The notes: a model not told the origin generated them from the letters alone. A stretch of DNA of 63,935 nt, filler included, from Globobulimina sp. (GCA_003354225.1; 55 parts of 55 records of this genome joined end to end with filler, not necessarily neighbours in it), one strand, 5' to 3'. Positions 22,432-34,948 are shown, counted from the whole stretch's first letter. Numbers and translations: made by a program.

Positions 22432-23203
22432 ATGATATCAATAATTCATTTTTTCCTGTATTACAAATCCTTTATAAATATCGTTTTGTTGGATAAATCA
22501 CCACAAAATAAACTCGATTTGTATCATTGGTCAATGTATCAAGTTTTCAATCTTTGGAACAAACCCATACAAAAAAATGGTTATACTTTAAAAGATAAGG
22601 CACTGCCTTTTTCTTCAGGATTTAAATTAGGTGTCTTCACCAAATTGGTATTATTGAATCGTGTCTTTGTAATTATTTTGCAACTCATGATGCCATTCAT
22701 CAGTTTATGTCTCGGATTGTTGATTAATAAAACATATTTTAAATGCATTCAACATCCATATTATTGCGTTTTGCCATGTCGTACCATTGATTTTTGTATC
22801 AAATATAATTTAATGGAGCAGTATTTGACTTCTACGTCATACAAACATTACCTTTATAACATTTTAAAAGATGAAAATTTATGTATTGGTAATAAAGATT
22901 TATTCAATGAATTCTGCATAAAATATTCTATTCCGACAGTAAAATGTTTCAAAACATTGAAAGAGTTGAAGCAGCAAACAATTGCAAAAGAATCAGAGTT
23001 TATAATAAAACCTGTTAATCTCGGACAGGGCATTGGTATATTTTCAACAAAGAGACCACAGGAATATTTATCACAAATTCCAAATGTTGTAATTCAACCA
23101 AGATTGAAAAATCATGAATCAATTATAAATTTTACAAAAAATACAAAAACATTGAATACATTCAGAGTTTGTACATTTACAAAAGATTCTAATTTAAAAC
23201 CTT
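22432..23203 (+). CDS. ATP-grasp protein, sugar-transfer-associated (ATPgrasp_ST)-like, partial
   Basis: NKDLFNEFCIKYSIPTV, FIIKPVNLGQGIGIF, VIQPRLKNHESI, LNTFRVCT. Confidence 0.75.
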
Positions 23204-24470
23204 NNNNNNNNNNNNNNNNNNNNNNNNNNNNNNNNNNNNNNNNNNNNTTAATTAATTAANNNNNNNNNNNNNNNNNNNNNNNNNNNNNNNNNNNNNNNNN
23301 NNNTAAATATCCAACTAAAATGATGCAATATATAAGGTTTATGGTGGAACAACCCATGGCAAATATGGTTGGTTTGTGTATGAAACGGGCGTTTGTTACA
23401 TTAATATAAAAAATGTAAACCTGTATAATGTACAAACTAAACTTCAATTTGTTTATCGTAATACATCTTGTTTGTGGTTGACATGCTTCACAAAATAAAT
23501 TGGATGCACATCTTTTCTCCATTCATAAATATATAAACCACCATCAATATGACATGTTATCATAGCCACTCTATCATTGAGTGTATCTTTGGTTGGATTC
23601 TTCAACCACACAATGGTTCCAATTGGATATCCATGAGTTATTGGAACTATTTTTTCCAATAATGGATGGTTCCATTCCATCAATAAATCTGTTAATATTT
23701 TTGTATATTTTGATTTCATTAATGATGATAATGATTGCACTTCGCGATGACCGCTTTGCATTGTTATTAAAGCGTTTGTATTCCCAATCCTAATCGAATA
23801 TTCTTGCATGTCCATCCGATGAGATCTCTTGAAAAATATTGTTCTGTTTTCTATTTTACGCACACCACGTCGATCAAAGCGGGAAATGCCAGCGAAAGAC
23901 ATGTTTTACGAAAATGTAGATTTCTAGTGACTTGACTGGATTTGACTAGATTCAGTATTTCGGGAAATCATGATTGCGCTGCTCGAAACAAAAAAAGAAA
24001 ATACCCTGATAAACTAGTTGGTGAGTTATGATCACACAAAAAATTTCAGATCAATACGATCAATATTCATGAAGAAAAAAAATAATTAAAATTTCACCGA
24101 AAAATAACATTTTCGTGACCTGTATTTTGGCCCTTTCAACTTGATGTGAATCAAAACAAATTATGGATGCGGAGTTAATAAATATGAAAGAAACCAAAAG
24201 AAATAATACAAATGGAAATAATGTGATTGATAAATTATTAGTTAAAGGTGGTGCATCTCAAGATCTACATTTGGCAAAGGGTAGTTTTAGCGGTGTTTAT
24301 GAGAGTTTCTCGGCCGTTCCAAATGGGAATGCGTGTGATTTTTCAATGAAATCAAATTAAAATTAGACNNNNNNNNNNNNNNNNNNNNNNNNNNNNNNNN
24401 NNNNNNNNNNNNTTAATTAATTAANNNNNNNNNNNNNNNNNNNNNNNNNNNNNNNNNNNNNNNNNNNNGT

Positions 24471-25533
24471 GATCATAACAAGAATGTACCTATAGTTTTG
24501 ATCGATAAGAAAGGAATTGATAAGGTAGTACCCATGCCCCTTTCAAATCCGAGTATATCGACTATAGATGATTTAATTGAAGACTGAACACTTGCCGATC
24601 TAAATTCTGATCGGAGTAGTCTACCAATCTTATCCGAACAAGTGTTCAAAGTTGTCGATTGTAACCAATTTGGTTACTTATCCAATATCTTTAAGGATTG
24701 CTTATCGTCATCCTTGACGGATTACTACCCTCTTTCCAATCCTATCGTCCTACCCGAATTTAATTATCGGAGATCTGGTCAATAGTTGGAAATGACACCA
24801 GTTCAAGGATTTTTCCAACGAACGAGTGTTAATGACCCTTGCCCATGTTGAGGCACATTGCCCAAATGTTTCCGAAACGGAATTAGCTCGATTTGTTTAC
24901 AGTTCCCAGGTTACCCAGATACAAGATATCTGGAGAGATATCTGTGAGAATCAACTAAACTTAATCGATGTCTTACATTTAGAATTTCAAATTGTGTGTC
25001 AACATAGAGCTGGCCTTGCACTGCAAGAATTCTGCAATCAAGTTAACCAAGGTTATTAACCTTGAGCAAAACCTTTAGAATTGACTTCTTGCAAAGAATA
25101 TATTTTGCATTCAACCAGATCGGTTGCATACATAATCGAAAAGCCAGATAACATCGCTGGTTCTGGATCAAAAACACTACCACCTGTGTCTAAACCACTA
25201 GCCATTGTCTTGTCTCAAGAATGAGCTTCAGCATTCCAAAGATTGTTGGAAGTCCACCTCAACTGAAGTGGATGTGGTCGAGGTCATGACAATTGGCATG
25301 GCGACCGATCACGATTCCGGTGACAGGCCCCGTGACCGGATGCTTAAAAGAACATGGCCCAGCAATTCCCAGAGCTAAGGAAGGAGAAGCTTAAACTCTC
25401 TACCTTATTCAGGAGACTTTGGCCCTGATACCATTTGGCGTCTATAACAAGAAGCCTGGGACGAATGCACCAAGCGACAAGTAGCAGACATCGCTACTCA
25501 AGGCCTGGTTAGAGACAGCCAAAATATACATGT
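24471..25533 (+). pseudogene. Decayed coding sequence of unknown origin (several TGA/TAA stops, at least 2 frameshifts)
   Basis: Protein-like reading across the contig, broken by stops consistent with CGA>TGA or CAA>TAA changes and by frameshifts near 24760 and 25425. Confidence 0.45.
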
Positions 25534-25633
25534 NNNNNNNNNNNNNNNNNNNNNNNNNNNNNNNNNNNNNNNNNNNNTTAATTAATTAANNNNNNNNNNN
25601 NNNNNNNNNNNNNNNNNNNNNNNNNNNNNNNNN

Positions 25634-26469
25634 CTTCTGGGTCCTCATCTGCTTGTTGTACGCTAGTATGTCGTTCTGCATTCTGCTTAAAATGTGAACA
25701 AACACAAACAAGTAATAAATAAAAACTACAGCATAATAATACCACCAACAACAATGATGTTACAATTAATAGCACAGATTCTTTTTCTTGACTAGTTTTA
25801 TTAATTTTCGCTTCATTCAATTCAATAATGTCAGGATACTCGGTCACGTTTGTATTGTTATACATTAATAATTGCCGATTATTATCATTATTCGCTTTAT
25901 TATACGCAGCACATTCAATATTTACAGTATTATTTCTTGTATCAATCAATAAATTCGCACACTTATTCTCTGTATTTATTATTTTATTATTTATTGTTAA
26001 TGTTCCATTGTTATTATTTGGTTCAATTATTAATGAATTGTTTTGCGATTCAAATTGCAGATTTAACTGCGTATATTTCGTATTCTGAACCATAATAATT
26101 GCATTGTTGCAGGATTCTTCCTAATTATAATGATCATGATATTAACATCAAAGTTACATGTAATCGTAATTACAACTTAACTGATTTACAATTTATTACA
26201 CAATCCCTACCATCATATGGACATTTAATTGTTTTTGAGCATACATTTGGTTTATTACACGAAACAATGCATTTATTATATAAAAAATTATTATCATTGC
26301 TATCACCGCAGATTATTTCCTTCTTTGTTTCTATTGGGTATCCAGGTAAATCCACATAACATGTGTCTAAAAAACAAATGGATGATCCAAATGCAGCATA
26401 AGCAACCAATGATAAAGCCACAAAACAATAGAGAGTGCACATTGCAAATTGGTAGTAAACTGGTACCAA
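25634..26469 (-). CDS. Type I membrane protein with Cys-rich ectodomain; intron 26121-26181
   Basis: Signal-like N-terminus; CVINCKS|EESCNNAII joined by a phase-0 GT-AG intron; TM LLIVTSLLLVVLLCCSFYLLLV. Confidence 0.75.
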
Positions 26470-26523
26470 AAAATAGAAAACCTCTAGTCCTCACATCACA
26501 AAAGCGAGTTAATATTTGTTAAA

Positions 26524-26698
26524 ATGGCTCAAGCAAATAGTAAAGCAGTGAGAAGATTGCATAAAGAATTGAAAAAATTAAAGAAAGCACCATTTCCAAA
26601 CGCCGATGCCGAACCAGCTGGTAAAAATATGTTAGTTTGGACAGCCAAAGTCAGAGGGCCAAAAGGTTCACCTTATGAAGGCGGCAAATTTCGAGTAA
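26524..26698 (+). CDS. Ubiquitin-conjugating enzyme E2, N-terminal part
   Basis: AVRRLHKELKKL..NMLVWTAKVRGPKGSPYEGGKF. Confidence 0.93.
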
Positions 26699-26798
26699 NN
26701 NNNNNNNNNNNNNNNNNNNNNNNNNNNNNNNNNNNNNNNNNNTTAATTAATTAANNNNNNNNNNNNNNNNNNNNNNNNNNNNNNNNNNNNNNNNNNNN

Positions 26799-27540
26799 TG
26801 ACCCAAAAGTCACTCTTCTTTTATTTTGTAATGCTGTGGGATTTGTACCTTGCGATATTGATAAATTCAATGCATTATCCAACCAAACACATGCTTTATT
26901 ACCTTTGTCCACTGCCAATGGATTCCGCGTATACCAAATATGTTCACTGATAAGATTAATATCATTCGAGTTTGCAAGACCTAAATTCTTCGCTTCTTTT
27001 TTATTGATCCATGCGGTTTTTCTAAAAACCCCTAAATTTTCCCATTTCACACATTTTAATTTCATACGCGATTTTGTATATTTGTCATCTTCTTTTTTAA
27101 GCCGGTCAAACACATCAAATCTGGCAACATCACATTTAAAATTTTGAGGGTTATGCCTATAAATTAATTTGCCATCACTTCCTTGTCCAACGACACACGA
27201 ACATGAATATATTGAATTTGTAGTTGAAATATTAATTGTTTTTGATGGGCCGACTTGTGCATAAATACGTATTTGTCCATTCATTGCATTATTCAGACGT
27301 TTAATATGTCCCTCTAATAACTCACTCACTTTATTACCGCGGGCAAAATCACTACGGCGATATTTCGAAACCATACAAAATTGTAATAATTCGCGCTTGC
27401 AATAAACTCGACCATTGTTATAAAAATGAAAAACTGCATTTTCTAATTTGGTAATATCGCCCTGTGTAAATTCTGGTATTTGTTCTGATTCATTTTTTTT
27501 ATATTCAGGCTGTATTTTGATATCATTATATTTTTGAAAT
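26799..27540 (-). CDS. Hypothetical protein, internal fragment
   Basis: Open frame of ~245 codons, no recognised motif. Confidence 0.5.
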
Positions 27541-28142
27541 GATAGGCAATATTATGGTTAATGTTATCATCGATTGGGGCATATATGAGTGTGGTATTTG
27601 TGTTGTTGTTAATTAAGGTCTATTCAACAACGTATGCTGAATGTGTCAAAGGAGTAAGAAAAGTATGCTCAATCAGTGCAAGTTATTTATTTTTAGGAAA
27701 GAATAAGAAATTCGGATTTTTGCATTTATGCGGTGTTGCATGTTTTATTGCATCATCAATAACTACGGTTTATACCAAATCCATCAAAACAAAGAAGAAA
27801 ACCAAATAATGACTAATGACTGTGACTAAATTCTGCTCTCCATTTGATTCGGGCGTGTTAAAANNNNNNNNNNNNNNNNNNNNNNNNNNNNNNNNNNNNN
27901 NNNNNNNTTAATTAATTAANNNNNNNNNNNNNNNNNNNNNNNNNNNNNNNNNNNNNNNNNNNNTTAATTAATTGATGGCATGTTAAGCTGAGCCCCTCTC
28001 GAAGCAAGGGCACTTTCTGCGCCAAGGCTAATATGACATCCTCAATCCCTGGTTTGTAGGCTATCCGCAAATCAAACATCCTCGTTTGGAAAAGGAAATA
28101 TAGTTTAATATGCTGGTGTCAGGGGGCAAGTATTGAAACTGG

Positions 28143-28655
28143 ATGAGGATAAATGGAACTAACACGAAAAAAATACGAGAAAAGCTTGAGGGGAAAGTGG
28201 ATTTAATTGCAGATTCTTCATTGACCGTTACGGACAAGAATGATCAAACAAAACTGTACAGCTTAAAATATAGTGTACATGTAAATATAGAACTTATTAA
28301 TGATAAAATATACTTATCCCCTTTTTTGAATGAACCTATTGATGAAAATCCACTAAAACAAAAAACACGAAATTATCCGGTTGATATTGTTTATCCCGAA
28401 AAAAGGATTTATAATTCAATAATTAAGATTCCGCAAGGATATAAGGTGGATTATACCGGAGAAAACTACGATATAAATAATAAATTATTTGCATTAGATT
28501 ATAAAACAAATGTAATTGGTGAATACTTGCAAGTATCGTTTGTTTATTATTTCAAAAAGTCAGTTTATTCTGCTGAAAATTACATGAAAATTAAATTGTA
28601 TTTTAGAGAAATTATAAAAAGGGCGAACGAAAAAGTCGTATTTATTAAAAAATAA
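28143..28655 (+). CDS. Bacterial DUF3857/DUF3858 transglutaminase-associated protein C-terminus (Bacteroidota-like)
   Basis: ENPLKQKTRNYPVDIVYP..IKIPQGYKVD..YSAENYMKIKLYFREII..EKVVFIKK. Confidence 0.8.
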   Translation: MRINGTNTKKIREKLEGKVDLIADSSLTVTDKNDQTKLYSLKYSVHVNIELINDKIYLSPFLNEPIDENPLKQKTRNYPVDIVYPEKRIYNSIIKIPQGYKVDYTGENYDINNKLFALDYKTNVIGEYLQVSFVYYFKKSVYSAENYMKIKLYFREIIKRANEKVVFIKK

Positions 28656-28676
28656 TTCGAATTATCTCAAATTTAT

Positions 28677-29028
28677 ATGAAGTACAAAGAAATAGAATCC
28701 TTAAATCAATTTGAAGACATATATTTAAACAACAAACAATTTGTTTTATTCGCTTTTCAAAATATTGATTTTAATTTAATTAAGGATGAATTTCAAAACT
28801 CATCATTTACGGAATGTTTATTTCTTGGTTGTAAACTTCCACAAAACACACTGGAGAGATTATATTCAAATAATTACATCTTTCCTCAGCTAAATGTGCC
28901 TTACAACTGTTATTCTGCGAGCCTTTATTCATCCAAAAGTCTTTATGCAAATTACCAGCTTGGAAAGGTTGAAAGCTATAAACAAACCCTGGATTATCAA
29001 ATTTATAAACATTATCTGGGTACTGGAA
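28677..29028 (+). CDS. Bacterial LOG-family/Rossmann-fold nucleotide-binding protein N-terminus
   Basis: CLFLGC..IFPQLNVPYNCYSASLYS..LY..YKQTLDYQIY; starts 21 nt after the upstream stop, operon-like. Confidence 0.6.
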
Positions 29029-29128
29029 NNNNNNNNNNNNNNNNNNNNNNNNNNNNNNNNNNNNNNNNNNNNTTAATTAATTAANNNNNNNNNNNNNNNN
29101 NNNNNNNNNNNNNNNNNNNNNNNNNNNN

Positions 29129-29740
29129 ATATCCTTAAATTTCTCATTATCAAATGCCATTTTGGCACAGTTTATGCCATGCGAATTCTTACAAATGCCT
29201 TGGACAAACTTATACAAAAAAGTGATCCTTTCATTGGCAGTGTCCTCGGCGAAGCTCATATGATACATGGCCACTCTGTCGTTCCCCACAAAGGAGTCGC
29301 ACAAGCCGTGATAGTGTGTACTGAACAGACACCGACATTCGATTTTGTGAATGAGCTCTTTCGCCACGGCGTAGGCAATGGCAGTCCCATCAAACGTGCT
29401 CGTGCCACGGCCCAATTCATCCAAAATCACCAAAGAGTCACTGGTGGCGTGCGAGAGAATATTGCTCGTCTCTTCCAACTCAACCATGAATGTGCTCTGC
29501 CCTGCCAAGATTCGGTCGAAGGCCCCTACGCGCGTGAATATTCGATCGATTGGAGTGATATATGTCTGTCTCAAAAGCGTCGATTTCCCGCCCATGTTCG
29601 GTCCAGTCACAATCACAAAATTGGCTTTGTTCTCTTTCGTGCCCAGGACAGTGTCATTGGGTATAAAATGACCGCTTTTATTATTGCTCAGACTCAGGTG
29701 CGCCTCACCAATGCATGGGTGTTTGCCGTCTCTAATCTCT
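29129..29740 (-). CDS. MSH6: MutS homologue (MSH6-like) ATPase domain with an in-frame ~20-aa deletion
   Basis: FIPNDT, VTGPNMGGKSTLLRQT, DRIFTRVGA.DRILAGQSTFMVELEET, ILDELGRGTSTFDG, LFSTHYH, ITFLYK. Confidence 0.85.
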
Positions 29741-30292
29741 AAATATAATATTGAAAGTGTCAGAGAAAAGTGACATCGGAAATAGGAATACAAATGCACA
29801 AACCTAAAAAGGCACTCTCATTCGCATTGCGAGCCACAAACACAGGTCTGTTCATATCACAGTCCACGGCGTAGGCGCTCACATGCGCTAATGACTTTGA
29901 TGAAGACTTTGGTTTTAGGTTTGGGTTGGCGTGGAGGTCCTTTTGGTCTGTCGCGTTTGTCCTTGTCGACTGAGCCGACTGAGCCTGCGATTGGGGACAA
30001 ATCATTTGGAACAGTGTCCACGCGCATGATGGAAGTGATTAATTGTGACGACTCGTTTGCAACAGTTGCCATGCATGATGGGGTGATTTTTGAAAGGAAT
30101 TACCACTGGGACTTCGCAAAATCGTTTCAAAACTCAACACAACCTGAACGTCGAGTGAACGGTATCCTATACAAACTGAATCATGACACAAANNNNNNNN
30201 NNNNNNNNNNNNNNNNNNNNNNNNNNNNNNNNNNNNTTAATTAATTAANNNNNNNNNNNNNNNNNNNNNNNNNNNNNNNNNNNNNNNNNNNN

Positions 30293-30822
30293 AAATCATT
30301 GAGTATTTTAGATTTTTTCATTTCGATGATATTGTGGCTCCACAAAGAATGCAGATTTTAGATTTTGTGATCAATACTAACCAAAAAGATATCGAAGCAA
30401 TTGTACATGGATTGAAACAACATCACGATTACAAACAAGAAGATGTTAACAAAGCATATCTCAATAAATATTTTATGGAACTTGATGGTGTCATGGAGAA
30501 TATGGACAACATTGATGTTAAAAATGTGAATGGTTTGCTGAATAAACGGTATTCATTTGATTGGGATTTGATGTATGAAGCATTATCACTGAAAATATTT
30601 TGTGATGGATATTCAAAATATAGAATTGGCAATGGATGGGTCACAATTAAGAAGTCTGTATTTTATGACATCGGACAATTTAGTACATTGGAAATATGGT
30701 CCAAAACAGGGGAAGATGTTGCTCTTACTGCTGGAACAATTGCCCATGGTCATAAATTAAATGGGCTTGATATTCCTTTTGGATTGCATTGTAAAACGCC
30801 TCCAAAAGAACTTTGTGTTTGA
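30293..30822 (+). CDS. Hypothetical protein C-terminus
   Basis: Open frame ending in TGA, convergent with the oxygenase. Confidence 0.45.
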
Positions 30823-30931
30823 ACTGTAAAAAACTTTCTTGGTCACAACATAACCTCTGGATGTTCAAGCAATCGGTGACTCACTCCCTGGCTGAATGTT
30901 AATTATATAATTAATTACAAAATAAAATATT

Positions 30932-31356
30932 TTAAGACCAAAAAGATAATTCGTCATTATGCACAAAACCGTCACCGAATCTTCGTCGTGCATGCTTTTT
31001 AAAAGCCATTGGCAATTGATAACGTTGCAAAACTGTATCATTTCGATTCTCTTTACATTTTTGACAATCTTTTAATTCATCGATAATTCGATTCATATTT
31101 GGTCCAACAAAATAAACAATACTCGTTCTTCGCTTTTTTTTATAAGCACTCACGCGATGAACTGGCGACAGCCAATAACCAGAAGTATACATCGCCATTG
31201 CTTCACCAATATTAATTACCAAACTATCATCGGCAATATTTTTATTACTTACTGTATACCATTCATTGTCAACTCTTTCTAACTGCACCTGTAACAATTC
31301 AGCACCTTCAACATCATCGCTACTAACTATCGTAATACCGGACCAATCCTGATGTG
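30932..31356 (-). CDS. 2OG-Fe(II) oxygenase (IPNS-like), C-terminal part
   Basis: HQDWSGITIV (HxD), LVINIGEAM, SPVHRV, RRTSIVYF (RxS). Confidence 0.9.
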
Positions 31357-32303
31357 NNNNNNNNNNNNNNNNNNNNNNNNNNNNNNNNNNNNNNNNNNNN
31401 TTAATTAATTAANNNNNNNNNNNNNNNNNNNNNNNNNNNNNNNNNNNNNNNNNNNNTAGTACTTTGCATATGGTAATTCAAATGTATTAGTATTAAACGG
31501 TTTTGTGTTCAATGCATTGGACACAATTTGAAACATATGGAGAAAAAATCATAAAGAATATTACACGACAAATCCAATGACTTCGCTTATTGCTCGCTCT
31601 GATGTATGATATGAACTGTAGTTTACCGTAAATATATGTATAATGTTTTGATTGATATTTTGCAGTGTGTATATATTGAAGAGGGGCGATAGTAGTGATC
31701 TAACTATCTTTAACCTAAACATAAACAGCAAACAATAAAGAATACATAAACATATAATACTCACTGTTTTGTGTTATGCAGTGTTTGTGTACATGTTTTA
31801 GCAAAATTCTTTGTATACGGGAACAAGAAAGACAAAGAAAATATGCAATCAAAACATTATACAAATCTATACGATAACAGTTTCTTTTTATATTATTACA
31901 TCATGTAAGTACTAGTGATACCATATACATTTGCTATCGTTTCAGTTTCTGTGGTGATGATAATATCTGTATAACAATGAAACAGAATTGGAACAGATTG
32001 AAAGCAGTTGGATATATCAGATTGCTTTCGTTTGGTCTGACAGGAGTGTCATGGTCATTCAACTGTTTACATTTTGTAACATTGTGACCCAGTTAATGTT
32101 TTCCGAACAGGTTGACGAAACATTTTTTTACATTGAAATGTTTTACGGTTTCTCTCGATCCTTAATCACCAAAGCTATAAAGAAAAGTATGCGAAAAAAG
32201 TGATCAATTTTTCTCAAGTTTTCCCATAAACGATTTGGGACAAAAATATATAGGTTATATACATATTAATGTTAATGCAATTTAAATATCTTAAAAACAA
32301 AGT

Positions 32304-32390
32304 GCGTGGATGATCCTCACTGGTGTGGTGTGCAGACTTCAAATCTGTAGCGGTGTAATTACCGAGTGGTTCGATTCCACCTTCTGCGCG
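32304..32390 (+). tRNA. Eukaryotic selenocysteine tRNA (anticodon UCA)
   Basis: GCGTGGATGATCCTCACTGGTGTGGTGTGCAGACTTCAAATCTGTAGCGGTGTAATTACCGAGTGGTTCGATTCCACCTTCTGCGCG: 9/4 fold with a U:U pair in the acceptor stem, long variable arm, G73. Confidence 0.95.
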
Positions 32391-32402
32391 GTAAACAAGT
32401 CA

Positions 32403-32413
32403 TTTTTTTTTTT
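32403..32413 (+). terminator. RNA polymerase III poly-T terminator of tRNA-Sec
   Basis: T11 run 12 nt downstream of the tRNA. Confidence 0.8.
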
Positions 32414-32801
32414 CTTTTTTGCATATAAAATGAATACGAATATGTACAAATGTTACCAACACGCCCCGTATGTGCGAGGATAAGCTAAAACTTAAAGATA
32501 ATACATCTAAACCCAAGTACNNNNNNNNNNNNNNNNNNNNNNNNNNNNNNNNNNNNNNNNNNNNTTAATTAATTAANNNNNNNNNNNNNNNNNNNNNNNN
32601 NNNNNNNNNNNNNNNNNNNNTGTATAAAATGTGCATATATATGACAATTATGACGTGATGCCATCACATAGTAGTATTAAATCAATTTGATGGAAATGTC
32701 CCAGAGTACAAGTTTTTTTTTTCAGTAAATAAATCAACTCAAAAAAAACCAAACCATCTTACATTCTTTCTTTCTAAGCTTCCCATCTATTTTATACAAT
32801 C

Positions 32802-33684
32802 ATGGGCAAATTATCAACAGCAGCGCGAACGGCAAGATTTGGCCCCACCAGAGCCAAACGAACCTCTCATCACAAACTAGCCAACAAAAGACGGCAACGC
32901 ACACCAAAACTGGCTCGAAAACAAATGAACAAAGCCCGTTTAAACCGGCAGGAAGAAATGGAAAAAGTTACCAGCAGCGCACAAAAGAGATTGCAACGAT
33001 TAAGTTTTGCCAATCTAAAGGATGGATTCGCAGACAACGCCAACAATAAACCAAAACAACCAAAACAACCAATGTCTCGCAATCAAAGAAATAAGTTTTC
33101 TCGGCAAAATAAGAAGGCCCAAAAAGCAAAACAAAAGCAACAACCACAAATCGCCACCATTGACTTTACGACTTATGATCGCCACATTCAATCTGATGAA
33201 TCATCGCAAGAAGAAGACCAAGACCACGATGCCAGACATAGCCAATACAGCGATGCTGAACAAAAACGGGAGGAATTATTACAACAATTCGAGACTGCGC
33301 ACAAACCGAAATCATGGGACGTCCGAAAAGTTAATTTATTTTGTAAAAATATCTATGTTTGATTTGTCAACCAATTACTCAGCAAATACTGATAAATATG
33401 ATTTAGAGCAAATTGTCGTATCAATCTGCGACCGGTGGCTGGATCCATGACAATGAAGGCGAAGCTGCGCCGAATGCCGAGAGTAAAGAAGAGGACCTCA
33501 GTGACGGTGAGGTGGTTATAAATGAGCAGCAAATTACGGATTATATGCAGTTGGGAAACATTAATAAGGAGCAGGACGAATTGAGCGACGGCGGTGACGC
33601 TGTGATGGATGGTTCCGATGCTGATGATGGCAATGCTGCAGATAGAGAGATAAAGAAAATTCGAGCGCGCGAATGGAAGTTACA
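32802..33684 (+). CDS. Basic/acidic probable nucleolar protein N-terminus, intron near 33330-33410
   Basis: Arg/Lys-rich start followed by acidic tracts in two ORFs. Confidence 0.5.
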
Positions 33685-33784
33685 NNNNNNNNNNNNNNNN
33701 NNNNNNNNNNNNNNNNNNNNNNNNNNNNTTAATTAATTAANNNNNNNNNNNNNNNNNNNNNNNNNNNNNNNNNNNNNNNNNNNN

Positions 33785-34848
33785 ATTACTATCAAAACTT
33801 ATGGTCATGTTTCGCAATCCAAATAAGATAAATTTTTGTTTAATTTCTTTATTAAAAAAAATTGTTAAAAAATATTTTTCTTTATTTTAAGGTTCGAGAA
33901 AATTTTTCAATCAAACAGCTGAAGATATTTTTGCCACCATTAAAGGAAATAGAAGACGACATTTCTATGAAAAAATATTACCTCATAGATATTCAAAGAT
34001 TTATTTTGATCTGGAATATAAAAAAGAATTGAATCCATCTATAAATCCGAAGACAATCGTTAATCAATTTTTATCCCTTGTTTTGAAAACATTACAGAAA
34101 GAGTTTGGTGTGATTTGCAGTAGAAAGGTAAATTTTTATATTTATCATTAATCAATTATATTTGGTTGTGATTTGCTTTTCCATTGTGTTTCAAGTGGAA
34201 AATAATTTTTTTTGTTGAAATATTTGAAGTCGTATAATTATATATATAGATATATTAGATTTATATTGAATTTTTCAGAATGTACTAGAATTGGATTCAA
34301 CAACAGAATTGAAAGTTAGTTATCACTTCATTTTTAATATACCGAATAACAAAATATTAAGAAACAATGAAGATATGAAACTAATTTGTAAAGCAATGAC
34401 GAATGGATTAAGTCCAGATAATCCAAATTTACCAACCTCTATTAAAAACATGGTTGTTGTACAAGAAAAAAATGGAAAGAAGAATTATTTCTTTGATACG
34501 ACCGTTTACGAGTAAGTTTAATATATAATTTTTATATGTAATTAATAATATAATAAATTGTAATTTTTCAGACCTTTTCAAACTTTTCGAATGTATCAAA
34601 ACACAAAAATTGATAATCCTAATGCTATTTTGTTCTTACACGAAGATTGTATATTTTATCAAAACAAACCTTCCGCCGAAAAGATATTTCATGACAGTTT
34701 GGTAACAATCATTGACAATAAAAAAGATTACCAATTTATAATCGATAGTCAACCGGTAGAATTGATTTCCAGAGTAGTGATGTCTGATCAAAACAGATAT
34801 ACAAAAGATGGTGTGAAAATGGCAAAGGCTAAAGAAATTCAAATAAAA
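33785..34848 (+). CDS. PRIMPOL: PrimPol (AEP primase-polymerase), multi-exon partial
   Basis: RHFYEKI..KIYFDLEY (motif I), VLELDSTTELKVSYHFIF (SxH), FFDTTVY|..QTFRMYQNTK (motif III); GT-AG introns 33804-33891, 34128-34278, ~34512-34571. Confidence 0.85.
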
Positions 34849-34948
34849 NNNNNNNNNNNNNNNNNNNNNNNNNNNNNNNNNNNNNNNNNNNNTTAATTAA
34901 TTAANNNNNNNNNNNNNNNNNNNNNNNNNNNNNNNNNNNNNNNNNNNN

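Noticed and set aside
26100-26190. Apparent frameshift or stop in the Cys-rich membrane protein
   Set aside because: Fully explained by a phase-0 GT-AG intron at 26121-26181.
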